The notes under the pieces: model-generated
What the model saw: only the letters and a program-made list of their open reading frames with translations
The model's database searches: none
Told to the model about the DNA's origin: nothing
Assembly (NCBI GenBank): GCA_963664395.2
Contig: OY761159.2
Location: 3,136,001 to 3,200,000 of the forward strand
Source of the DNA: Candidatus Binatia bacterium
GTDB taxonomy: Bacteria; Desulfobacterota; Binatia; Bin18
DNA length: 64,000 nt
Reading direction: 5' to 3'
Shown: piece after piece, positions 20,090 to 29,595 of the stretch
How positions within the stretch are numbered: the first letter of the stretch is position 1
How the letters are laid out: the number at the start of each line of letters is the position of its first letter
Position numbers and translations under genes: made by a program

Positions 20090-20121
20090 AGACGAGCGCT
20101 CGCCACAAGGGGAGGAGACTG

Positions 20122-21300
20122 ATGCGTGTGCTGCTACTCGGAGGCGCGGGCACCCAAGGCTCTCGGGTTGCCAAGCTTTTGGCCCAGGAAAACAGTATTA
20201 CTGAACTTGTTGTCTCAGATTTGGACGGTGAGCGGGCCAAGCGGGTTGCTCAAGAGGTTGGGGCGAGCGCAGGTCTCGGTCTGGACATTCGTGATCATAC
20301 GGCCCTCTTGGCGGCCGCGCGCAACACAGATCTCATCGGCAACTTTGCCGGCCCGTATTCCGATACGGGTCTGCCCGGTATGCGCGCTGCTGTAGAGGCG
20401 GGAGTCCACTATGTCGATATCAACGATGATCTCAACGTAAGTGATCTGGCGGCTCAATATAGTGGAGAAGCTGAGCGGCGTGGCTGTACGCTCGTCCTGG
20501 GAATCGGAGGTTCCCCAGGACTGACGAACCTCTGGGCCCGAGCTGGGGCAGATAGGCTGGAGCGCGTAGATCGGATTGGTCTAAATTGGATTGCCAGCAT
20601 CAGCGTTTTTGCCCGCGCCCTGTGGATCCATCGGATGGGTATGGCGAGCGCCTCTGTTCCTGTCTGTCGCGCTGGACAGGTCCAAGAGATCCAGGCCTGG
20701 ACAGAGGAGGAAAGCTTAAATTTTCCCCCGCCGATCGGTCGGCAGACCGTACGAGTAGTAGGACATGGGGAGCCCTTGATGCTCCACGCCTCTCGTGCCC
20801 TGCTCAAGGAGCCGCAGGCAGTCGTGTGTAAGGGTGGGTATTGGGTGGAGGAGTTTAACTCACTCCTGACCTTTCTACGAGACGCGCGTTTGTGCACCAC
20901 AGAACCCTTGCAAGTTGGCGAGAGTCCTATTGTCCCCTTTGATTTTATGGTGGAGTTTTTGACCTCGCGGTACTTTGTCGAGAGCCCACTATTCCAACGG
21001 ATTACAGCGCTCGATGCTGCCAAGGGGACTGGATTTGGGGTCGTTGTCTATGTCGAGGGAGAGAAGCACGGTGTCCGTACCCGCTGTACGTTTCGTGGGG
21101 CTTCAGCCGATCGAAACCTGATTATCACCGGACCAGCGGTCACTGCCATCATGCTCTTAGCCGATGGGACAATTACGCAGCGAGGGGTCCTTTTCCCTGA
21201 AGCCCTGCCTTCTGAACCGGTCTTGAACTACTTGAGGAAGCGTATGACATGGGAGGAGGAAATGGAAAGCCTGGAGGATACTCAGATATCTCCCACATAA
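20122..21300 (+). CDS. Saccharopine dehydrogenase-like NAD(P)-binding oxidoreductase
   Basis: LLGGAGTQG, AGPY, GVHYVDI, G.SPGLTN, H.EP and GVLFPE motifs. Confidence 0.85.
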   Translation: MRVLLLGGAGTQGSRVAKLLAQENSITELVVSDLDGERAKRVAQEVGASAGLGLDIRDHTALLAAARNTDLIGNFAGPYSDTGLPGMRAAVEAGVHYVDINDDLNVSDLAAQYSGEAERRGCTLVLGIGGSPGLTNLWARAGADRLERVDRIGLNWIASISVFARALWIHRMGMASASVPVCRAGQVQEIQAWTEEESLNFPPPIGRQTVRVVGHGEPLMLHASRALLKEPQAVVCKGGYWVEEFNSLLTFLRDARLCTTEPLQVGESPIVPFDFMVEFLTSRYFVESPLFQRITALDAAKGTGFGVVVYVEGEKHGVRTRCTFRGASADRNLIITGPAVTAIMLLADGTITQRGVLFPEALPSEPVLNYLRKRMTWEEEMESLEDTQISPT

Positions 21301-21481
21301 GGACAACGGCCTATCTTTGTCCCTACAACCCCTGTTCTCAGCATAGAAGCTTCTGCACACAATCAGGAGGAAAAGTCCAATGCCACTCGACAGTTTATCA
21401 GATGCTGGAATTGAGACCCGGGCGCTCTCGGCGCACCGACCAGCTATCATGGGAAAAGCCTATTAGGGTCAAGTCTTGCAA

Positions 21482-22080
21482 TCATACACTCTGGCGCGCC
21501 TTGTAGCGCTTTAACCGCCGACTGACCGTCGAGTAGTGCACCTTAAGCTGATGGGCGATCTCTTTCAACCGATAGCCATGCTCCCGATACGCCTGCCCGA
21601 TCTCCTCCGGTGTCCCCGATTTGACCACATCGGCTAACGTCAGGCGGAGGGGCTGTCGCTGCACCCGAGGAATTTCGGCGGCCGTGCCTCCTGCTGGCAA
21701 CCCGGCAATAAAGGTCTCATCTCCATAATAAATCTGGCCACTGAGTTCCTGCCACGGCTGGTGCCCCACCCCCTCCGCCACAAACCGGCAATACGCCCGA
21801 CGCGCCTTTCGCAAGTCCGTCCCAAACTGGCTGAGAGTCCAGGCGACATTCAGCCAAGTCGGGCGGCGCCCCAACGGCCACGTCATGGCACGATAATTAC
21901 TCCAGGGCCAGTCGGCTGCTGTCTCCACCAAACCAGCTCGTACTGGGTTTAAGACCACGTACCGACACAATTCTAATAAGTGGGTATCTTTTTGCACGAC
22001 GATGGCCTTGTAGCGCCCTTGAAAGACGTGACCCACCTGCCCATGGCGTCGATTGAAGCGTTGCGTGTAGACGCCTACGT
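21482..22080 (-). mobile_element. 5'-truncated REP-associated (IS200-like Y1) tyrosine transposase with C-terminal HTH
   Basis: YTQRFNRRH...GHVFQGRYKAI, RYVVLNPVRAG, WPWSNY and EIAHQLKVHYSTVSR; the HUH-containing N-terminus is missing. Confidence 0.85.
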
Positions 22081-22482
22081 ATTGCGCCGTTTCTGCACGA
22101 GAATATCGAGCGTCTGCCCGTCCTGATCGACGGCGCGCCATAAGTAGTAGCGCTCCCCCCTGATCTTGATAAACAGTTCGTCGAGATGCCACGTATCTCC
22201 TGGTCGTCCGCGGCGATGTCGTAACTTCTTGGCGAAGGCTTGGCCGAATTTGAGACACCAGAGACGGACCGCTTCGTAACTGACGACCACACCCCGTTCG
22301 GCTAACAACTCCTCCACTTCGCGGAAGCTGAGACTGAAGCGATGATACAGCCAGACGGCATGGGCAATGATCTCGGGTGGAAACCGATGCTTTCGATACA
22401 GACTCGTGCTATGGGAACTCATGCCTCACTTACCGCATACGACACCGATGTCTGGCAAGCCCCTCGGTAAGTTGACAATGCC
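22075..22482 (-). mobile_element. 3'-truncated IS6-family element
   Basis: YRKHRFPPEII.HAVWLY.RF, WHLDE and YLWRAVDQDG; left IR GGCATTGTCAACTT at 22469-22482. Confidence 0.9.
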
Positions 22483-22727
22483 GTCCAAGATGTAATTGAC
22501 AAAGTACCTTATAGGTCCATTATATGAGTTTCACTAAAGAAGATCATCCTCCATGACGCTGCAGGACGTACCAACTGGGAAAAAGGAGCTTCATACGGCA
22601 ACCAACAGCACCTCTGTGTATATCCCCTCCTCTAGTCGAGGATATACGGATTCTCCAAGCGTGAGATGCGAACATAGCTCTCTATAGATCTCTCAAGCCC
22701 CGAACTGCTCTTGAAGATGAGGGTACC

Positions 22728-23234
22728 GTGTCCGCCATTGACATCATTAAGCGCCGGCTCAAAGAAGACCGCATCTCAGACACCCCGGAAGACATTGGGG
22801 AGAAGAAAAAGCGCCCGCGAGAGGTCGCTTTTATGGACGTGAACCTCTGCTTTCCCTGTGGCAAGTGTCCCGAGTTCTGTCCGGTGCAGTGTATTGAGTA
22901 TCTTGCCCCCAATACACTGCCCGGCCGAGGGGTGCAGCCCGTTCAAGATCGCTTTCAGGAATGTATCGGATGTTACATCTGCGTGGAGGTCTGCGCCCTG
23001 CTGACCGACTATGATGCGGTGCGGATGTATGACGTGAACCTGGTAGAACAGCTGATCGGCGAGACCGTTGGCGATCGAAAACCAGACGCATACATCCCAG
23101 CTCAACCGTACGAGGAATATTTTTCTGAAGGGGAGGAAAAGAGTGTCCGACATCTGGGGGCGGGCTCTCGTATCCGGGAGAAAATGAACGCTGAAGAGCG
23201 GGCACTCTTAGAAAGCGAGCGAGTGCGATCATAA
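22728..23234 (+). CDS. 2[4Fe-4S] ferredoxin-like protein with charged extensions
   Basis: CFPCGKCPEFCP and CIGCYICVEVC. Confidence 0.85.
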   Translation: MSAIDIIKRRLKEDRISDTPEDIGEKKKRPREVAFMDVNLCFPCGKCPEFCPVQCIEYLAPNTLPGRGVQPVQDRFQECIGCYICVEVCALLTDYDAVRMYDVNLVEQLIGETVGDRKPDAYIPAQPYEEYFSEGEEKSVRHLGAGSRIREKMNAEERALLESERVRS

Positions 23235-23559
23235 CAGCAATGCATCAATAAGCCCCACAGGAACTCTGACGAGGAGATCAAGGTGGCAGCTGCCACCAAT
23301 ACAATCGAAGCCCTGACCAACCAGGAACGCCGCAACATCTTTCCTTAGTGAGGTGCTATACGCCCGAGGAGGTCAGGGAATTGAAGCAGATGGAGAAGGA
23401 ATGGGGTTTCGCCATGTCGAAGCGGGTCCCTTGGTCCGCAGCTCGTATTACGCTGAGGGGCAGGTGCCAAAAGCGGAATCTGTCTTGGGCCAGGGAAATG
23501 CCAAGTGGTGACAATGCCTCTCTGTTCCTAGCCTCGCCGACCTCGTCAAGGAGCCTACC

Positions 23560-25110
23560 ATGACCACCAATCGTCAGCTGACTGCCACCTGGACCTATCA
23601 TAACGGCACGAAGCACTCGTGGGAGAGTATTCGCAGCGATCCGCACAGCCTCGACTGGAAAAATTATCCGCTGGCGTTTAAAATGTACGCCACTCTGGAT
23701 CCGGTGCCGCTGCCTCACGAGTGGCCGCCCGTGTCGCTGCCAACCCTCTCGGCCATTGCGGGAACCAGTCCTGAACAGAACGACGAGTGCATCCCGGACC
23801 TGTTGACGCTGGCCAAGCTCTTGTTTCTTTCGGCGGGTATCACCAAACGCCGGACACACGCTGGCGGGGAGATGTACTTTCGCGCCGCAGCCTGCACCGG
23901 CGCCCTCTACCATATTGACCTCTATCTCGTGTGTGGGCAGCTCCCCGACCTGTCGGCCGGAGTCTACCATTTCGGCCCCAACGACTTCGCCCTGCGCTGC
24001 CTCCGCCCGGGGGATTATCGGCAGGTACTCATCCAAGCCAGTGGTCAGGAACCTGCGGTGGCCTGCGCCCCGGCACTGCTCGTGTGCACGAGCACGTACT
24101 GGCGCAACGCGTGGAAGTATCAAGCCCGCACCTATCGCCACTGCTTTTGGGATGCCGGGACGTTGCTGGCCAACACGCTGGCAGCGGGAGCAGGGCTGAA
24201 ACTACCCATACGGATTGTTGCAGGGTTTGCTGATTCTGTAGTGAACCAACTCCTGGATCTCGATACGGACCGTGAAGTCGCCCTCGCTCTTGTGCCAGTC
24301 GGCTCTACCACGAGATCCGGCCCTGATACGCCACCGGCGATTGAACCCCTCCAGTTGCCGACCGTTCCGTCCTCAAAGACAGAAGTGGATTATCCGGCGA
24401 TTCGGGTGATGCATGCCGCCTCGACCTTAACGCAGGACGAGGTCCTCTCGTGGCGGGGAGCCCTTTCCGCCCGAGCTGTTCCTCCCTGCACTGGTCGCCT
24501 GTTTCCGCTCGTGCCCCCCAGTGCCCACGAGTTCCCTGATACCGGGCTTGAGCACGTGATTCGGCACCGCGGCTCAAGTCGGGCTTTTGCCCCTGAAGCC
24601 ATTACCTTGGCCCAGCTCTCAGCCATGCTGCAACAGTCGACCTGTGGCGTGCCAGCTGACTGCCTCGATCCCTTTGGGGCGACGTTTACCGCTCTCTACC
24701 TGATCGTCAATGCGGTTGATGCGCTGCCTTCAGGCAGCTACGTCTTCCACCGCGAGCAGAACGCACTGGAAGTATTGCGGGAAGGAGATTTTCGGGGCGA
24801 GGCAGGGCATTTGGGGTTAGGACAGGAGTTGCCGGCTGATGCGAGCGTCAATATTTTTTGCCTTGTCGAGCTTCCCCCTCTATTAGAGCGCTTCGGGAAT
24901 CGCGGCTATCGCGCCGCCCAACTCGAATCGGCCATCATTGGGGGTAAAGTCTACCTGGCAGCGTACGGGCAACGCTTGGGGGCGACGGGCCTGACGTTTT
25001 TTGATGATGAGGTGACGCAGTTCTTCTCTCCGCACGCCGCAGGTAAGAGTGTCATGTTTCTCATGGCTGTTGGGAAGCCGGTCAAGAGGCGGCTAGAGAT
25101 ACAGAAATGA
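23560..25110 (+). CDS. SagB/ThcOx-family (double nitroreductase domain) dehydrogenase
   Basis: FRAAACTGALY, WKYQARTYRH, HRGSSR.F and RGYRAAQLE motifs. Confidence 0.88.
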   Translation: MTTNRQLTATWTYHNGTKHSWESIRSDPHSLDWKNYPLAFKMYATLDPVPLPHEWPPVSLPTLSAIAGTSPEQNDECIPDLLTLAKLLFLSAGITKRRTHAGGEMYFRAAACTGALYHIDLYLVCGQLPDLSAGVYHFGPNDFALRCLRPGDYRQVLIQASGQEPAVACAPALLVCTSTYWRNAWKYQARTYRHCFWDAGTLLANTLAAGAGLKLPIRIVAGFADSVVNQLLDLDTDREVALALVPVGSTTRSGPDTPPAIEPLQLPTVPSSKTEVDYPAIRVMHAASTLTQDEVLSWRGALSARAVPPCTGRLFPLVPPSAHEFPDTGLEHVIRHRGSSRAFAPEAITLAQLSAMLQQSTCGVPADCLDPFGATFTALYLIVNAVDALPSGSYVFHREQNALEVLREGDFRGEAGHLGLGQELPADASVNIFCLVELPPLLERFGNRGYRAAQLESAIIGGKVYLAAYGQRLGATGLTFFDDEVTQFFSPHAAGKSVMFLMAVGKPVKRRLEIQK

Positions 25111-25202
25111 GCTCAGGAGCTGAGGCTCGGTGAGGAATGGAGATCTCTTAAAACAACAAGGCTGTTACTGTCGTCGTGAAGAGCTTCAAGGAGGGTAAGC
25201 GT

Positions 25203-25412
25203 ATGATGAATGAAGACACCTTCAATATGGAAGTGCGGAAATTTCTGAAAAAGGTTGGCGTCACCTCTCAGCAGGAAATTGAGAGAGCGGTGAGGGAGGC
25301 GGTGAAAGGCGGGAGCTTGGCTGGCTCCGAGCGCCTCAAGGCGCGGATGAAGCTTGAAGTCGAAGGCGTCAATGTGGACCTGACGATTGAGGGTGAGATT
25401 GCACTCTCCTAA
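25203..25412 (+). CDS. DUF6494-like small protein
   Basis: MNEDTFNMEVRKFLKKVGVTSQQEIE signature. Confidence 0.75.
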   Translation: MMNEDTFNMEVRKFLKKVGVTSQQEIERAVREAVKGGSLAGSERLKARMKLEVEGVNVDLTIEGEIALS

Positions 25413-25444
25413 ACAGCCGCTCCCAAGAGTGAGAGGAGGCTACC

Positions 25445-25660
25445 ATTACAAAAGGCGAACAAGGCCGGCAGCACTTGGCGAGTGCGGCGAAAGACGCCGT
25501 GCTCTGGCTTGAACGCCACCAGGACTGCTTGATAGATCCGAACATGATCACAGATGCGCTGCGGCGACAGTGGCAAGCCCAGGCAAAGGCACTCAGGCGA
25601 GCCGTGCGGGAAGTCGACGCTACGCTTGGAACGACCTATCGACCCGCACCTCGGTCCTAG
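25445..25660 (+). CDS. Small hypothetical ORF, possible ATT start
   Basis: GAGGAGG RBS at 25433-25439 followed by an in-frame ATT; 71 aa. Confidence 0.35.
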   Translation: MTKGEQGRQHLASAAKDAVLWLERHQDCLIDPNMITDALRRQWQAQAKALRRAVREVDATLGTTYRPAPRS

Positions 25661-25952
25661 TTGGACTCCGGCAACGAAACATCGACGAACCATGTCCCGG
25701 AGAAATTGCCCGATGCACTACCTGTCTCCTCAACAGTAATGAATCTTGCACTCCTTCGGACCACAACCCCGCGCATCGTGCGCCGTAATGGCGAGACATA
25801 TCAGGAAGGGGTGCTACAAGCTGCTATAGAGAGAGTCGGCCCTGCTCCGGTTTGAGCGTTTTGAACAGAGAACCACAGTCCTTCAACTTCGCTCCGCTAC
25901 GTCTGGAAGCTCGTTATCTCTTCGGCTTCCCGTTTGTCAGCCTGGGTCTTTT

Positions 25953-26495
25953 TCAAGCGGGCTCGCTCAAACCGCTGACGATGGACGTTCCGCCAGTGAA
26001 AGGATTGGGGCGGCTGGAGCTGATGTTCTTGAGATTGTAGTGCTTGCCTTTATACGAGAACGGATCCTGGGTCCACATGCCGCGGATGACTTCAATGCCT
26101 TCTTCCAGCAGGGACGCCCGTTGTTTGCGGGGAATGCCATAGCCCTCGAACTCGGACGGCGAATAGCCTTGTCCAAAACCCATGTCAAAGCGACCATTGG
26201 AAATGATATCAACGGTTGCGGCATCTTCTCCAACGCGCACCGCATTGTGCAACGGCAGCAGCAACAGAAACGTCCCAATCCGGACCCGACTGGTCATGGT
26301 CGCCACAGCGCTGGCAATCGGCAGGAGGGACGGCGAGTAGCCATCTTCAGCAAAGTGATGTTCGGTCAACCAAACGGTATCGTAGCCGAGTTCTTCCGCT
26401 ATCCGGGTTTGTTTGAGTTGCTCGGCATAAAACTGCGACCACGGTGTGCGCCACTGGGGCGGATTGCGAAACGGAAATAACAAGCCTACGTCCAT
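25953..26495 (-). pseudogene. 3'-truncated LLM oxidoreductase (paralog of 51064-52086)
   Basis: FRNPPQWR, WLTEHHF..DGYSPS; diverges after YKGKHYNL and lacks the C-terminal half. Confidence 0.85.
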
Positions 26496-26518
26496 GTTGT
26501 CCTCCTTGACTTGACATT

Positions 26519-26775
26519 ATCCCAGAAGCTTTTATCAAGTCTCATCTCGTTGACCGCTTCGCCAAAGTGAATATCACAGCCGAAGAAGTCTGCGTACGGC
26601 GCCGTATCGGGCGGCGGTAGATGACGAAAGCGGACCGAAGTGAGTACGACCTGCGGCCCAAGGGTGTCTCTCATCAACGTCAGGATGCAGACCATGTTCC
26701 GTTCGACGAAGAACGGGCCACAGTCGACGCCGCCGCCGCTTTCGTTCAGGGCCAGTTCCATCATCCAGACCCAGG
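26519..26775 (-). pseudogene. AraC-family regulator ligand-binding domain fragment
   Basis: VRFRHLPP.DTAPYADFFGCDIHFG motif; no HTH and no proper start. Confidence 0.65.
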
Positions 26776-26905
26776 GCAATCTGATCCTCCGGATCACCGA
26801 TTACTGGAACCCGCTCTCCTTTCAGCAGGTGGTCGGCTTGGTATAGTCAGCAATGTTCAAATTTCTTGTACGTTTCTTCACGAACAGAAAGAGAGGGCAC
26901 AAGCC

Positions 26906-27334
26906 ATGTATACCTTCGATGACCGCGCTATGCGGTGGTACCAATTAGGAGATTTCGAGCATTTCGTTTTTGCCATGCTCGATGTGGATAGCGAAAATCT
27001 CATTGTCGATTTCATTCTCAAATTTCCGCCCCACGAGCAGATATTTCTGCACCGACATTTGGCGCTCACGAACACCTTCGTCGTGCAAGGCGAGCACCGG
27101 CTCTATGAGCCTGACGGTTCGCTCCAGGAGATTCGTCCGGTGGGGAGTTATACCTCCAGCCCGCCAGGCGACCCGCATCGGGAAGGCGCGGGTGATGGCG
27201 GCGGTGTCGTCTTTTACAGCGTGCGTGGAAAGGACGGCGTTTTATTCGAGGGGCTTGATGAGAACTTCAACGTCAACGTGACGCTCAGCCTGGAGGACTT
27301 TGCCAGCGCCTACGAAGAACAGAAAAACGCCTGA
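26906..27334 (+). CDS. Cupin (ChrR-like) protein
   Basis: LHRH...TFVVQGEH...PHRE cupin His pattern. Confidence 0.8.
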   Translation: MYTFDDRAMRWYQLGDFEHFVFAMLDVDSENLIVDFILKFPPHEQIFLHRHLALTNTFVVQGEHRLYEPDGSLQEIRPVGSYTSSPPGDPHREGAGDGGGVVFYSVRGKDGVLFEGLDENFNVNVTLSLEDFASAYEEQKNA

Positions 27335-27359
27335 AAAACGGACAAAAAGGGACTGCCAC

Positions 27360-27702
27360 ATGATCGGGGGAGAAGGAGGAGATTCTCCAGGACTAAGACG
27401 CCGAGACATTAAATGGCGTGTTGGTCATTATCATTGCGCTGGTGTTGCCGAAATTACGCTTAAGCCAATTCATGCAGCGATTCACGGCCTATGGATTTAT
27501 CTATATCGCTTGGTCATTCACCGTGTTTTACTGGTTGGGCAATGCGTCCAGTAATCGGGCGCTGAGCATGGGCTACAGCCCCTTGGGTGAGGCAGACACC
27601 ATCGGCCTCATCGGATTTTTGCCCGGCGTGCCGAGCGTGTTTTTAGTGATCGTGTTGTTGGCGGTTGCCGCGAAGGCGGTGTTGTCTTCCGGTCAGGACT
27701 AG
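27360..27702 (+). pseudogene. Styrene-oxide isomerase (StyC)-like gene, N-terminal part deleted
   Basis: LNGVLVIIIALVLP...W..TVFY..GN.SSNRALSMG resembles StyC LNGMMVIAVAFVLP...FY...NFSPNRGLTFG; the heme-His region is missing. Confidence 0.65.
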
Positions 27703-27756
27703 CCGTTCCCCCTTCGGCCTCAGTGCACCACAGCCGGCAACGACATGATCGTCGTC

Positions 27757-27886
27757 GTAGGGGCAACCCCCTGTGGTTGCCCGGCGGGGGGCAGGGGTGT
27801 CCGGGGCGGGATGGTGGCCCGGCGGGGGGCGGTTGTTCTCGGGGCGGACGGAGGAGGGGAGGGCAGGCACGGGGGCCTGCCCCTAC
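27757..27886. repeat. GTAG-family REP inverted doublet
   Basis: GTAGGGGCAACCCCCTGTGGTTGCCC ... GGGCAGGCACGGGGGCCTGCCCCTAC. Confidence 0.8.
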
Positions 27887-27924
27887 GTTGTTACGTTTTC
27901 ACGGTCTGCCGTACCCCTCCTGAT

Positions 27925-29550
27925 CTAGCGCAGCACAAAATCCTGATAGCCGTTGGCGGCGGCCTCCTGACATTCCTTGCGATATTCCGGGACGGTGTTG
28001 GCATACAGGAGGAGGGCCCGCGCCTTGCCGGGAATATTCGTCCCCATAAACCAGGACTTCGTATCGCTCAAAAGCGTCTGAGCGGCCAACTCGTTGGAGT
28101 GCTCTAGCCAGGCCTCTTCCGCCTCCGGGGTGGGCGCAATGCTCGCCACGTTCTTCTCACGCAGATGGCCGATACAATCGGCAATCCATTCCACAATCAT
28201 CTCGGCGCAGACCGTGTAGTTGCAGAACGCCGTGCTGACGGCAATGAAGAAATTCGGGAAGCCGGCAGTCTGAATCCCCAGGTAGCTGCGTGGCCCGTTG
28301 GCCCATTTGTCCTTGAACGTCTGCCCGCCTTCGCCGCGAATATCGATCCGGGTCAGCGGCCCGGACACCGCGTCAAAACCGGTCGCATAGATGATGACGT
28401 CGAGTTCGTACTCGGCATCCTGGGTTTTCACGCCCTTGGGCGTGATACGTTCGATCGGGGCCTTGCGGACATCGACCAACTTCACATTGTCCCGGTTGTA
28501 GGCCTCGTAATAATGAGTCTCCAAGGGAATCCGCTTGGAACCGAACGGATGATCCTTGGGCGCCAGCATTTCGGCCACCTCGGGATCATGCACGCGCCTG
28601 CGGATTTTGTTGCGAACGAACTCGGCAAAGGTTTCATTGGCCTCCCGGTTGGTCATAATGTCGTGGAAATTTCCCAGCCATTTGGTGAACCCGGGTTGCG
28701 CCCATAACTTCTCGTAGAGTTCCAGCCGCTCTTCCTCCGAGACCTCCAGAGCCGAGCGCGGGTCGAATTCATGCTGAAAGCCGGCCGAGGATTCACGACA
28801 CTGTTTATGGATTGCCGGGTAGTTGGCCTTCCAGGCGGCCTGGATCTCCGGGTTGACTTCCGAATTCCGGCACGGCGCGCAATAGTTTGGGGTGCGCTGA
28901 AAGACGGTCAGCTGACCGGCTTCCTTAGCCACGATGGGGATGAGCTGGACGGCCGTTGCGCCAGTGCCGATGACGCCGACCCGTTTGCCGGTAAAGTCTA
29001 CTTTTTCCTTTGGCCAGTTGGATGTGTGAAACGACGCACCTTCAAAGCTGTCAATGCCTTCAAATGGGGGCATATACTTGGCAGACAGGATACCGACCGC
29101 GCCGACCAGAAACTGCGCCCGCGCCCGCTGCCCACCCTCAATCTGGACCTCCCAGCGATGCGCGTTCTCGTCGTAGACTGCCGAGCTGACACGAGCATTG
29201 AACTGGATGTGTGGGCGCAGGTTGAACTTGTCGGCCACAAAGTTGAGGTAGCGCTCGTTCTCGGGCTGCCCGGAAAAATGCTCCTTCCAGTCCCATTCTT
29301 GAAGTAACTCCTCCGACCACGAATACCCGTAGGTTTCACTCTCGGAATCGAAGCGACAACCTGGATAGCGGTTCCAATACCAGGTGCCGCCCACACCGTC
29401 AGCGTCCTCAAAGACGCGCACCGATAGCCCCATCTCTCTGAGCTTGTACAATTGATACAAGCCCGACAGCCCGGCGCCGATCACGATCACGTCATACTGC
29501 TCAACCGCTCCGACACCGTTTGTCGATGTTTGCTCTTGCGTATTTGCCAT
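27925..29550 (-). CDS. Baeyer-Villiger monooxygenase (CHMO/PAMO-like)
   Basis: GAGLSG, GGTWYWNRYPG, FEGASFHTSNWP fingerprint and GTGATA. Confidence 0.95.
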   Translation of the reverse strand: MANTQEQTSTNGVGAVEQYDVIVIGAGLSGLYQLYKLREMGLSVRVFEDADGVGGTWYWNRYPGCRFDSESETYGYSWSEELLQEWDWKEHFSGQPENERYLNFVADKFNLRPHIQFNARVSSAVYDENAHRWEVQIEGGQRARAQFLVGAVGILSAKYMPPFEGIDSFEGASFHTSNWPKEKVDFTGKRVGVIGTGATAVQLIPIVAKEAGQLTVFQRTPNYCAPCRNSEVNPEIQAAWKANYPAIHKQCRESSAGFQHEFDPRSALEVSEEERLELYEKLWAQPGFTKWLGNFHDIMTNREANETFAEFVRNKIRRRVHDPEVAEMLAPKDHPFGSKRIPLETHYYEAYNRDNVKLVDVRKAPIERITPKGVKTQDAEYELDVIIYATGFDAVSGPLTRIDIRGEGGQTFKDKWANGPRSYLGIQTAGFPNFFIAVSTAFCNYTVCAEMIVEWIADCIGHLREKNVASIAPTPEAEEAWLEHSNELAAQTLLSDTKSWFMGTNIPGKARALLLYANTVPEYRKECQEAAANGYQDFVLR

Positions 29551-29595
29551 AGTATGCCCTCCTTACCGTTCGTTTTCAGGTCGCTCAGATATACC

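Noticed and set aside
23240-23563. Short frames between the ferredoxin and SagB-like genes
   Set aside because: Interrupted by stops with no identifiable family; possibly another remnant, but unsupported.
23560-25110. SagB-like dehydrogenase as a sign of a thiazole/oxazole RiPP cluster
   Set aside because: No YcaO, Cys/Ser-rich precursor, protease or exporter nearby; stand-alone double-domain forms are common.
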